A DNA stretch of 38,404 nt, from the NCBI RefSeq assembly GCF_006345805.1, contig NW_021835787.1:1-38404 (forward strand), read 5' to 3'. This DNA is from Octopus sinensis. Taxonomy: Eukaryota. The notes under the pieces are model-generated. The model did no database searches, was not told the origin of the DNA, and worked only from the letters and a program-made list of their open reading frames with translations. Below, in pieces: positions 1-10,919 of this stretch. Each line of letters starts with the position of its first letter. Position 1 is the first letter of the stretch. Both the position numbers and the translations under genes were made by a program.

Positions 1-79
1 ACGAAAACAGCAGCAACAACAACAACAACAACAGCACTTTTCATTTCTGTTGTTATCATTATATTTCGGAGATTGTCTG

Positions 80-600
80 GATTGTCATCATCATCATTTG
101 ACGTCCGCTTTCCATGCTGGCATGGGTTGGATGGTTCAACTGGGGTCTGGGAAGCCAGAAGGTTGCCCCAGGCTCCAGTCTGATCTGGCAGTGTTTCTAC
201 AGCTGGATGCCCTTCCTAACGCCAACCACTCCGTGAGTGTAGTGGGTGCTTTTTACGTGCCACCGGCACAGGTGCCAGACGAGGCTGACAAACGGCCACG
301 ATCGGATGGTGCTTTTTATGTGCCACCGGCACAGGTGCCAGACGAGGCTGACAAACGGCCACGATCGGATGGTGCTTTTTATGTGCCACCGGCACAGGTG
401 CCAGACGAGGCTGACAAACGGCCACGATCGGATGGTGCTTTTACGTGCCACCGGCACAGGTGCCAGACGAGGCTGACAAACGGCCATGATCGGATGGTGC
501 TTTTTACGTGCCAGACGAGGCTGACAAACGGCCACGATCAGATAGTGCTTTTTACGTGCCACCGGCACGGGGACCAGATGAGGTTGGCAACACCCCTAGA
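80..600 (-). mobile_element. Family D repeat (RTE-type LINE 3' tail/derived SINE) with internal 63-bp tandem unit x~5
   Basis: Minus strand ends ...GGTTGGCGTTAGGAAGGGCATCCAGCTGTAGAAAC...CCCATGCCAGCATGGAAAGCGGACGTCAAA(TGA)n. The same tail recurs at 9.8, 18.5, 29.7, 31.6 and 38.2 kb. Unit starts at 245, 308, 371, 434, 496. Confidence 0.75.
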
Positions 601-854
601 GCACTTCTGTTGTAGTATTGTGCAGATAGTATTTTTGTATAGAAACACCCCATGTTTTGCAGGCATTGTGCCTAAATAATTTTTGAATTTTAACTGCTTT
701 CTGCAAAGACAAATATTTCGCTATTTTCTACAAATTTTTTTTTTTTTTTTACCCCAACTCGAGAACGACCTCCCAGAGGTGTTGGGGGTGCCAATTGGCA
801 AAGAACAGTTCTCAGCCAAAAACTACCGGCTAAGAAAAAAAAAAAAATTCAAAT

Positions 855-1048
855 TCAGGAGTGGTTGTGTGGTAAGTAGCTTGCTAACCTACCACATGGT
901 TCTGGGTTCAGTCCCACTGCGTGGCATTTTGGGCAAGTGTCTTCTGCTAGAGCCCCAGGCCGACCAATGACTTGTGAGTGGATTTGGGAGACAGAAACTG
1001 AAAGAAGCCTGTCGTATATATGTATATATATATGTATATATATATCTA

Positions 1049-1082
<34 letters not shown>

Positions 1083-1318
1083 GTATATATATATATATGT
1101 ATATATATGTATGTATGTATGTGTGTGTTTGTCCCCTTAGCATTGCTTGACAACCGATGCTGGTGTGTTTACGTTCCCGTCACTTAGCGGTTCGGCAAAA
1201 AGAGACCGATGGAATAAGTACTGGGCTTCCAAAGAATAAGTCCCGAGGTCGATTTGCTTGACTAATGGCGGTGCTCCAGCATGGCCACAGTCAAAATGAC
1301 TGAAACAAGTAAAAGAAA
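855..1318 (+). mobile_element. Family A SINE (tRNA-like head, CORE-like domain, internal (TA)n/(TG)n, LINE-type tail), full length
   Basis: Head GGAGTGGTTGTGTGGTAAG...GGGTTCAGTCCC (A/B-box-like), core GGGCAAGTGTCTT, tail GTGCTCCAGCATGGCCACAGTCAAAATGACTGAAACAAGTAAAAG. More than 15 copies in the window. Confidence 0.85.
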
Positions 1319-1538
1319 AAAAAAAACCCCGAGACGTGATCAAGTTTTCAGGAGCTGCCTGCCCAACTTTGCTGTTCCTCTACCATCTGCACATGCTAAG
1401 GAAGAGACGGCTGAGGATGGCGGAGAGGCAGGTGATGTTTGAGGAGCAGCACTGACCAACTATCCAGCCAGTAGTTGCTAAACAACAACAACAGCAGTAG
1501 CAGCGACAACAGCGGTAGTAGCAGCAGTTATCTCAATG

Positions 1539-2133
1539 GGCGGCGGGCTGGCAGAAACGTTAGCACGCGAGGCAAAATACTTAGTGGTATTTCGTCTGCC
1601 GTTACGTTCCGAGTTCAAATTCCGCAGAGGTCAAGTTTGCCTTTCATTCTTTCGGGGTCGATAAATTAAGTACCAGTTATGCACTGGAGTCGATATAATC
1701 AACTAAATCCCTTTATCTGTCCTTCTTTGTCCCTTCTGTATTTAGCCCCTTGTGGGTAGTAGAGAAATAGCTACTTCGTCTGCCGTTACGTTCTGAGTTC
1801 AAATTTCGCTGAGGTCGACTTTGCCTTTTATCCTTTCAGGGTCGATAAATTAAGTACCAGTTACGCACTGGGGTCGATATAATCGACTTAATCCGTTTGT
1901 CTGTCCTTGTTTGTCACTTCTGTATTTAGCCCTTTGTGGGTATTAAAGAAATAGGTATTTCATCTGCCACTACGCTCTGAGTTCAAATTCCGCTGTGGTC
2001 GACTTTCATCCTTTCGGGGTCAATAAATTAAGTACCAGTTACGCACTGGGGTCGATATAATCGACTTAATCCCTTTGTCTGTCCTTGTTTGTCTCCTCTG
2101 TGTTTAGCTCCTTGTGGGCAATAAAGAAATAAA
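1539..2133 (+). mobile_element. Family B SINE trimer (tRNA-like head, Meta-like central domain), flanked by 11-bp TSD
   Basis: Head GCTGGCAGAAACGTTAGCACG, B-box GAGTTCAAATTCC, domain GTCGACTTTGCCTTTCATCCTTTCGGGGTCGATAAATTAAGTACCAG. TTATCTCAATG occurs at 1528-1538 and 2134-2144. Confidence 0.85.
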
Positions 2134-2884
2134 TTATCTCAATGCCTCACCCTTCCCTTTGACTCTGGCACCAACCTTCATTGATTACTATACAAGAACT
2201 GGGGTTGTGACGATCCACCTGTGACCATCCTACTGATAATTTCCAGTGGGGGGGGCCTTCCCACCCTGCAAAGCATATAGGAACACACGGAACATTGCGG
2301 AAGATACAGCATGGGTACACTACCACACTGTGGCCCATACGATAGCTAAACCATTGCATGCCAGCTTGTCGTGTGTGGTTTTTATTCTACAGGTAGAAAC
2401 CTGATATATCTAGGAAGCCAGGTATCTTAATTGCCCAGCACACTGAGAGATCGTTGCACAAACTGCCTACACATGTCGTGCAGCTCTTTCTCTCTCACCT
2501 TAATCATAATTACAGGTGATCTGAAGCTACAAAATAACAGCTACACGTTCTGCATACTGCATACCATGAGATCCAATCTTGTTGTTGTTGTTATATGCGT
2601 CAGCTTATATACACCTGATGTCCCAAAATACCCATCTCTTTATGTCTCTCTCTCTCTCTTTCTTGTTCCCTCCGTCTTTGTTTTTACACCTGTCTCTTCC
2701 TTTCTCTCTTTTTTTGTCTTTCATTTCTACACAGACATATGCTCTCTCTCTCATTCTCTCCCCCTCTCTCCCTCTCTCTCATTTGTTCCTACCTGTTGCT
2801 TCTTGAGCAAGTGTCTTCTACTATAGCCCTGGGCTAACCAAAGCCTTGACGGTGGATTTTGTAGATGGAAACTGAGAAAAGCAT

Positions 2885-2934
2885 GTTATATGTGTGTGTA
2901 TGCATTTACATATATATGTATGTATGCATGTATG

Positions 2935-2967
<33 letters not shown>

Positions 2968-3410
2968 ATATATATATATGTATGTATGTATGTATATATA
3001 TATATGTATGCATGTATGTATGTATGCATGCATGCATGCATGCATGTATGTATGTATGTATGTATGTATGTAATATATGTGTGTGTGTGTGTGTGTATGT
3101 ATGTGTGTGTGTGTGTCTACAGGTGTGGCTGTGTGGTAAGAAGTTTGCTTCCCACACACCAACACATGCACACACACGCACACACGTACACACTCACGCA
3201 CACACTGCACAGAGGCAGACATACATTCACTCACAGTCTCATACACACACATACACACACATGGGCGTCCCCCCCCCACACACACTGCACAGAGGCAGAC
3301 ATACATACATTTACTCACAGGCTCATATACACACACAGACACACACACTGCACAGAAGCAGACATACATTCACTCACAGGCACACACACACACACACATC
3401 CACTTCCACA
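2885..3410. repeat. Compound (TATG)n/(TG)n/(CA)n microsatellite with a ~40-bp unit CACACACTGCACAGAGGCAGACATACAT x3
   Basis: Visible directly. Explains the low-complexity YVCM/HTH ORFs. Confidence 0.9.
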
Positions 3411-3844
3411 CAACTTCCGCTAATCAATTTTACTCAGACAGCATTTATTTGCCAATTGCTGATAATCCCCTTAATTGCCCATGGCTGATAATCCCTTTGG
3501 GATTGAAACCCCAAAGCTTGCGGTCGCAAAACAGACTCATTATCCGCTCTGCCTTGCCAGCACCCATAACTAAACGCAATTTATTTTATGTACACGACCT
3601 CAAAGTTTCCTTAAAAGCACAGCTGACCACACTTGGGTGTGGGTTTGTGGGGAGAGTAAGCTCGACCCCTTCCCTCACCCCGATACTATTGTCCCCAACA
3701 AAACTAAGAAACAAAACAAGCGTTATCACAAACAAACATTGCTAACAGCTGGGGGATTGCAACAACAGCAACAACAAGCACCACCACCACTACTACTACT
3801 ACTACTACAACTACTACTACTACTACTACTACTGTTGCTAATAC

Positions 3845-4285
3845 TCTTTTACTTGTTTCAGTCGTTTGACTGCGGCCATGCTGGAGCACCGCCTTTAGTC
3901 GAGCAAATCGGCCCCACAGGACTTATTCTTTGTAAGCCTAGTACTTATTCTATCGGTTTCCTTTTTTGCTGAACTGCTAAGTTACGAGGATGTAAACACT
4001 CCAGCATCGGTTGTCAAGCGGTTGTCAACCAAAGCTTTGTGAGTGGATTTGGTAGACGGAAACTGAATGAAGCCCATTGTATATATGTATATGTATATAT
4101 ATAAAAATATATATGTGTGTGTGTGTGTCTGTGTTTGTCCCCACCCAATATTACTTGACAACCGATGCTGGTGTGTTTACGTCCCCGTAACTTAGCGCTT
4201 TGGCAAAAGAGAACCGATAGAATAAGTACTGGGCTTACAAATAATAAGCCCTGGGGTTGATTTGCTCGACTAAAGGCGGTGTGAA
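3845..4285. mobile_element. Two family A SINE fragments in opposite orientation (tail half on minus 3845-4025; core+tail on plus 4030-4285)
   Basis: Matches to family A segments. Confidence 0.75.
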
Positions 4286-4289
4286 GGGA

Positions 4290-4440
4290 GCTAGTCGATT
4301 ACATCAACCCCAGTGCGTAACTGGTACTTATTTCATCAACCCTGAGAGGATGAAAAATGAAGTTGATCCAGGTGAAATTTGAACTCAGGACATACCAAAA
4401 AGTATTTCACCTGGCTTGCTAACGAATCTGCCAGCTCATC
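4290..4440 (-). mobile_element. Family B SINE fragment (diverged)
   Basis: CCCCAGTGCGTAACTGGTACTTA...GAAATTTGAACTCAG...TCTGCCAGCTC. Confidence 0.7.
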
Positions 4441-4585
4441 ACCTGTTTTTTTATTGGCCACAAGGATTGATCACAAAACAAATAGGGACCATTCAACACA
4501 AGGTACAAATAGGGTCTGGCACAATATTGACAGTAAAATAAATAACAGTAACAACTAGAAAATTAAATAATAAAATTCTCCAAAA

Positions 4586-5360
4586 GGGGTCAGAGTCCCA
4601 TACAGGGACAACCTAGGAACCCCACATTAGTTTCAAATTTTGGGACAAGGCCAGCAGTTTTAGAGAAAGGGGTCAGAGTCCCATACAGGGGTAACCTAGG
4701 AACCCCACATTAATTTCAAATTTTGGAACAAGGTCAGCAATTTTAGGGAAAGGGGTCAGAGTCCCACACAGAGACAACCTAGGAACCCCACATTAGTTTC
4801 AAATTTTGGAACAAGGTCAGCAATTTTAGGGAAAGGGGTCAGAGTCCCACACACGGCCAACCTAGGAACCCCACATTAGTTTCAAATTTTGGAACAAGGT
4901 CAGCAAATTTAGGGAAAGGGGTCAGAGTCCCACACAGGGCCAACCTAGGAACCCCACATGGGTTTCAAATTTTGGAACAAGGTCAGCAATTTTAGGGAAA
5001 GGAGTCAGAGTCCCACACAGGGCCAACCTAGGAACCCCACATTAGTTTCAAATTTTGGAACAAGGTCAGCAATTTTAGGGAAAGGGGTCAGAGTCCACAC
5101 ATGGACAACCTAGGAACCCCACATTAGTTTCAAATTTTGGAACAAGGTCAGCAATTTTAGGGAAAGGGGTCAGAGTCCCACACAGGGCCAACCAAGGAAC
5201 CCCACATTAATTTCAAATTGTGGAACAAGGTCAGTAATTTTAGGGAAAGGGGTCAACAAGGTCAGCAATTTTAGGGAAAGGGGTCAGAGTCCCACACAGG
5301 GACAACCTACGAACCCCACATTAGTTTCAAATTTTGGAACAAGGTCAGCAATTTTGAGGG
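4586..5360. repeat. 83-bp minisatellite, ~9.5 copies, inside a composite SINE-like element (4446-5535, minus)
   Basis: GGGGTCAGAGTCCC unit starts at 4586, 4669, 4752, 4835, 4918, 5001, 5084, 5166, 5249 (partial) and 5280. Confidence 0.95.
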
Positions 5361-5361
5361 A

Positions 5362-5535
5362 GAGAATCAGTCAATTACTTCGTCCCCAGTACGCAACTGG
5401 TACTTAATTTATCGACCCTGAAAGGATTAAAAGCAAAGTTGATCTCAGCTGGAATTTGAACTCAGAACGCAGCGATGGGTGAGATGCTGCTAAGCATTTT
5501 GCCCACCATGCTCACGATTCTGCCAGCTCACCACT
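5362..5535 (-). mobile_element. Family B SINE head and central domain
   Basis: CCCCAGTACGCAACTGGTACTTAATTTATCGACCC...GAATTTGAACTCAG...TTCTGCCAGCTC. Confidence 0.8.
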
Positions 5536-5536
5536 C

Positions 5537-5862
5537 ACTTGTTTCAGTCATTTGATTGCGGCCATGCTGGAGCACCGCCTTTAGTCAAGCAAATCGACCC
5601 TGGGACTTATTCTTTGTAAGCCCAGTACTTATTCTATCGTAAACACACCAGCATCGGTTGTCAAGCAATGCTAGAGGGACAAACACAGACATATATATAT
5701 ATACATATGTACGACAAGCTTCTTTCAGTTTCCGTCTACCAAATCCACTCACAAGGCTTTGGTCGACCCGAGGCTATAGCAGAAGACACTTGCCCAAGAT
5801 GCCACACAGTGGGACTGAACCCGGACCCATGTGGTTGGTTAGCAAGCTACTTACCACACAGC

Positions 5863-5896
<34 letters not shown>

Positions 5897-6280
5897 GATA
5901 TACACATATACGACAGGCTTCTTACAGTTTCCCTCTACCAAATCCACTCACAAGGCTTTGGTCGGCCCAAGGATATAGCAGAAGACACTTGCCCAAGATG
6001 CCACGCAGTGGGACTGAACCCGGAACCATGTGGTTGGTTAGCAAGCTACTTACCACACAGCCACACACACACACACACACACACATATGTATATATACAT
6101 ATATACGACAGGCTTCTTTCAGTTTCCGTCTACTAAATCCACTCACAAGGCTTTGGTCGGCCCGAGGCTATAGCAGAAGACACTTGCCCAAGACACTCGG
6201 CCCGAGGCTATAGCAGAAGACACGCAGTGGGATTGAACCCAGAACCATGTGGTTGGTAGACAAGCTACTTACCACACAGC

Positions 6281-6311
<31 letters not shown>

Positions 6312-6490
6312 GTATATATACATATATACGACAAGCTTCTTTCAGTTTCCGTCTACCAAATCCACTCACAAGGCATTGGTCGGCCTGAGGCTATAGTAGA
6401 AGACACTTGCCCAAGATGCCACGCAGTGGGACTGAACCCAGAACCATGTGGTTGGTTAGCAGGCTACTTACCACACAGCCACTCCTGCGC
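5537..6490 (-). mobile_element. Family A SINE with four tandem head+core units and one tail
   Basis: TTTCAGTTTCC...CCAAATCCACTCACAAGG...GCTACTTACCACACAGCCAC repeated four times, separated by (CA)n/(TA)n. Confidence 0.85.
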
Positions 6491-6944
6491 CACGTTAATA
6501 ATAATAATAAGAAGAAGAATACTGCTGTTGCTTGTGTACTTTATCTGAATGCTTAGCTCCTTTGTAAAACTTAAGTCCATTATTGAAGGAGACTCCTACC
6601 ACCTAACCCTTCTCACTTCACTTTTGTGTGTGTGTGTGTATGGATGTGCATGTGTATGTTTGTGTATATGAATGTGGGGGCGGTTTGGGGTTGGGTTGGG
6701 AAAGGTGTTTCTGAAGTCTCCACTTTTTGATGTGTGGTCTTTTTTTTTTTTTTTTTTATCAGATTGCATTCAAAATCTGTTTTAATCCATCTCAGCTGCC
6801 ACACTGCTAGCTTAGGTCTACATAGGTATGCACACACACACACATTTCTGTATGTGTTGCTATGTTTCTATACATGGACATATCAGTACAATTTCGTGTG
6901 TGTGTGTGTACATATATATATATATATATATCTTTATTCACTGT

Positions 6945-7110
6945 AAGGCGTAGGAGTGGGTGTGTGGTAAGTAGCTTGCTTACCAACCATATGATTCAGG
7001 GTTCAGTCCCACTGTGTGGAACCTTGGGCAAATGTCTTCTGCTATAGCCTCAGGCTGACCAAAACTTTGTGAGTGGATTTGGTAGATGGACACTGAAAGA
7101 AGCCCGTCGT
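6945..7110 (+). mobile_element. Family A SINE head+core
   Basis: GGCGTAGGAGTGGGTGTGTGGTAAG...GAAAGAAGCCCGTCG, followed by long TA-rich microsatellite. Confidence 0.85.
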
Positions 7111-7111
7111 A

Positions 7112-7164
<53 letters not shown>

Positions 7165-7379
7165 TTATATACATATATATATAAATATATACACATATAT
7201 ACATATATATATATAAATATATACACATATATACATATATATATATAAATATATACACATATATACATATATATATAAATATATACACATATATACATAT
7301 ATATATATAAATATATACACATATATACATACATATATATATATTATATATATATATATATAATATATATATATATACA

Positions 7380-7575
7380 CACCTCGTGTGTACCGTTGGC
7401 GATTTTTTTTCCTCTGTCTTCCCTTCTGGATCTTTCCTTCTCCTATGTTTCCGACGAAGAGCTCTCCTCGAAACGTTAAACCCTCCTTCTTTCCTGAGCA
7501 TCCAATAATACTATATTTGTTCCATGTCCTCGCGTTGTTGTGTTTTTTTGTGCTTTCTTGTTTGGATAAACTTTA
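7380..7575 (+). mobile_element. Penelope-like terminal repeat (family H2) with degenerate hammerhead motif at 7447-7481
   Basis: GTTT-CCGACGA-A-GAGC-TCT-CCTC-GAAA-CGTT-AAAC. Homologous to both arms at 32547-32947 and to 37370-37585; embedded in (TA)n. Confidence 0.65.
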
Positions 7576-7809
7576 TATATATATATATATATATATGAAA
7601 TAACATATTCCTTCGCAATTAGGAATATGCAGCCTTCGAAACATATGTCGAAAATAAAGGAATTTCATATATTTATATTTTTAAAAAAACATACAAATTT
7701 CCACACGAAAGCACGTAACTTCAAACGTGTCTTCTTTGATGTGAATTTGCTACCCAGGTATCGGTTAACCGAATTATCCATAACAAGATAATTCATTCAA
7801 CTACTTATA

Positions 7810-7945
7810 TCAAATTCACTCACAAGGCTTTGGTTGGCTTGAGGCTAAAGTAGAAGACTCTTGCCCAAGGTGCCACGCAGTGGGACTGAACACGGAACCA
7901 TGTGGTGGGTAAGCAAGCTACTTACCACACAGCTACTCCTATGCA
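7810..7945 (-). mobile_element. Family A SINE head+core
   Basis: Family A match. Confidence 0.8.
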
Positions 7946-8400
7946 AAATAAATAAATATTTTCTTTTCTTTCTCTCCTTCATTGAATTCCGGTAAAATAT
8001 TTTGGGATGGAAACCCCCAAAAATGTTTGTTACTGAGAAAGGACATTATTGCTTCAAGTATTTTTGCATTTTTTTTGGTTTTTGTTTTTGACGTAATGAA
8101 ATGAATTGAGAACCAGGAAATTGTATCTTTACAAAAATTCCCGTTGATTGCTATACGTCATTCCATCTTGTAGTAAAGTGACGGTACTTGTTGACATTGG
8201 TTTGAGGCTGTTATTGCTTGACATTCTTTCTTTTAGTTATTTGGTTACGGCCAAACCGGGGCTCTGCCCTGAGAGGTTTTAACTGATCAAAAGAGACTCT
8301 AGTACTTATGCCTCTGTGTGTGTGTGTGTGTACATATATATATATATATAAATATATACACATATATAATATATATATATATAGTATATATATATATATG

Positions 8401-8447
<47 letters not shown>

Positions 8448-8457
8448 AATATATATA

Positions 8458-8925
8458 TAGGTGAAGGAGTGGCCGTGTGGTAAGTAGCTTGTTTACCAGC
8501 CACATGGTTCTGGGTTCAGTCCCACTGCGTGGCACCTTGGCCAAGTGTCTTCTACTGTAGCCTCGGACCGACCAAAGCCTTGTGAGTGGATTTGGTAGAC
8601 GGAAACTGAAAGAAGCCCGTCGTATATATCTATATATATATATATGTGTGTGTGTCTATATGTTTGTGTGTCTGTATTTGTTCCCCTCACCATAGCTTGA
8701 CAACCGATGCTGGTGTGTTTATGTCCCCGTAACTTAGTGGTTCGGCAAAAGACACCGATAGAATAAGTACTAGGCTTACAAACAATAAGTCCTGGGGTTG
8801 ATTTGCTCGACGAAAGGCAGTGCTCCAGCATGGCCACAGTCAAATGACTGAAACAAGTAAAAGAGTAAAGATGGTGCCCCAGCATGACTGCAGTCTAATG
8901 ACTGAAACCGGTAAAAGACATGATT
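8458..8925 (+). mobile_element. Family A SINE, full length, duplicated tail
   Basis: Family A head, core, microsatellite and tail. The CCAGCATG...ATGACTGAAAC tail is repeated. Confidence 0.85.
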
Positions 8926-8984
8926 GTGTAAATTGATTTCTTCATAAACCTAGATTGTTGTAAATATGTTTCATTATGTATGAT

Positions 8985-9968
8985 ATCGATGCCAGTGTCG
9001 CATAACTGGCCCCTGTGCCAGTGGCACATAAAAAGCACCCTTTGATTGTTGGGCCTCATGGAGGCAATGATAAATGGCCGAGAACTTTGGCATTACGCCA
9101 TGCTTGAGTAAAAGACCCATGAAGCCAAGTGAAATTGTAGTCATGGTGTCATGCAACCAGTATCTATTGAAGGGGCAAGCTGGCAGAATCGTTAGCACGC
9201 CAGGCGAAATGCTTAGTAGTGTTTTGTCTGCCGTTACGTTCTGAGTTCAAATTCCGCTGAGGTCGACTTTGCCTTTCATCCTTTCGGGGTCGATAAATTA
9301 AGTACCAGTTACGCACTGGGGTCGATATAATCTACTTAATCCATTTGTTTGTCCTTGTTTGTCCTCTCTGTGTTTAGCCCCTTGTGGGTAATAAAAAAAT
9401 AGGTATTTCGTCTGCCGCTACGTTCTAAGTTCAAATTCTGCCGAGGTCCACTTTGCCTTTCATCCTTTCGGGATTGATAAATTAAGTACCAGTTACGCAT
9501 TGGGGTCGATGTAATCGACTTAATCCGTTTGTCTGTCCTTGTTTGTCCTCTCTGTGTTTAGCCCCTTGTGGGTAGTAAAAAAATAGGTATTTCGTCTGCC
9601 GCTACGTTCTAAGTTCAAATTCTGCCGAGGTCCACTTTGCCTTTCATCCTTTCGGGGTTGATAAATTAAGTATCAGTTACGCACTGGGGTCGAAGTAATC
9701 GACTTAATCCGTTTGTCTGTCCTTGTTTGTCCTCTCTGTGTTTAGCCCCTTGTTGGTAGTAAAGAAATAGGTACCTATTCCAGTGGCACATAAAAACACC
9801 CATTACACTCTAGGATTGGTTGGCATTACAAAGGACATCCAACCATAGAAACCATGCCAAATCAGGCCGGGATCTGGTGCAGCCCCTCAACTTACCAGCC
9901 CTGGTCAAACCATCTAGCCCATGCCAGCATGGTCAATGGACGCCAAATGGTGTTGATGATGATGATGA
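8985..9968 (+). mobile_element. Family D element split by a family B trimer (B at ~9172-9772)
   Basis: GTGCCAGTGGCACATAAAAAGCACC before and CCAGTGGCACATAAAAACACCC...(GAT)n after. Imperfect duplication GTATCTATT/GTACCTATT around the B array. Confidence 0.7.
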
Positions 9969-10269
9969 CATCTGGATGGGGGAATGGGCTGTTATGACCA
10001 GTTTTAGGTGAAGTTGGTGTACAGGTCATCCTGTTTTATCTTTGTTATTTTTAAGATTACTTCTAAGTTATTTTGGTCAGTCGGTCAAGTGGCTGGTCAT
10101 CTTGTATCCTCTTACTATTATTGTACTGCGTCCTCTAAATAAGCATTATTAATAGTGGCAGTGACGTTTATCTGCTCAGACTTATTCGGAAATTAATTTT
10201 TTTCAACAGGGAGGTGGACGGCAAATAAATAAAGTATTTAATTATAGAATTTAAGCAAAAATTAACTAA

Positions 10270-10665
10270 GGTGCAGGAGCGGCTGTGTGGTAAGTAGCAT
10301 GATTACCAGCCACATGGTTCCAGGTTCAGTTCCACTGAGTGGCACCTTGGGCAAGTGTCTTCTACAATAGCCTCGGGCCGAACAAAGCCTTGTGAGTGCA
10401 TTTGGTAGATGGAAACTGAAAGAAGCCCGTCTTATATATGTATATATGTGTGTGTGTTTGTGTGTCTGTGTTTGTCACCCCAACATCGCTTGACAACCGA
10501 TGCTGGTGTGTTTGCGTCCCCATAACTTAGCGGTTCAGAAAAAGAGACTGATAGAATAAGTACTAGGCTTACAAAGAATAAGTCCTGGGGTTGATTTGCT
10601 CAACTAAAAGTGGTGCTCCAGCATGGCCGCAGTCAAATGACTGAAACAGGTAAAAAAGTAAGAGA
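10270..10665 (+). mobile_element. Family A SINE, full length
   Basis: Family A match. Confidence 0.85.
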
Positions 10666-10919
10666 CAGGGGACAGATTATAATGGGAAAAGTATAAAGGA
10701 CAGAAAAATGCAGATTGTAAGGGCGAGCTTTTCTGTTGCTGTCACAGATTTTTAAATATCAAAGTTTAGTGAAAATTTTCAAAATTTGGTATATTGATGT
10801 AATTTTTCATGCTGAATCCAATTTTGTGATTCATTTATTTCAGTAATGGCATTCTAAAACTGAACTCATGTCATATCAAAATCTCAAAGCTATGAGATAA
10901 TGCAGGGTTAATACAAAAC

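Noticed and set aside
50-679. 209-aa ORF with a repeated 21-aa motif
   Set aside because: It is a translation of the 63-bp VNTR in a family D repeat; no splice context or domain.
1352-1431. Possible small exon TTTCAG|GAGCTG...AGGCAG|GTGATG ending in Gln, phase-compatible with the rost-like exon
   Set aside because: Weak polypyrimidine tract and donor; the peptide (AACPTLLFLYHLHMLRKRRLRMAERQ) does not resemble the rost N-terminus.
2145-2520. Non-repetitive-looking block; the minus frame has GLAIVWA, reminiscent of Gypsy RNase H
   Set aside because: Flanking motifs are absent and all frames have stops; a 7-aa similarity is insufficient.
4586-5360. CRISPR-like regular array
   Set aside because: No unique spacers (whole units are repeated), eukaryotic context, no cas genes.
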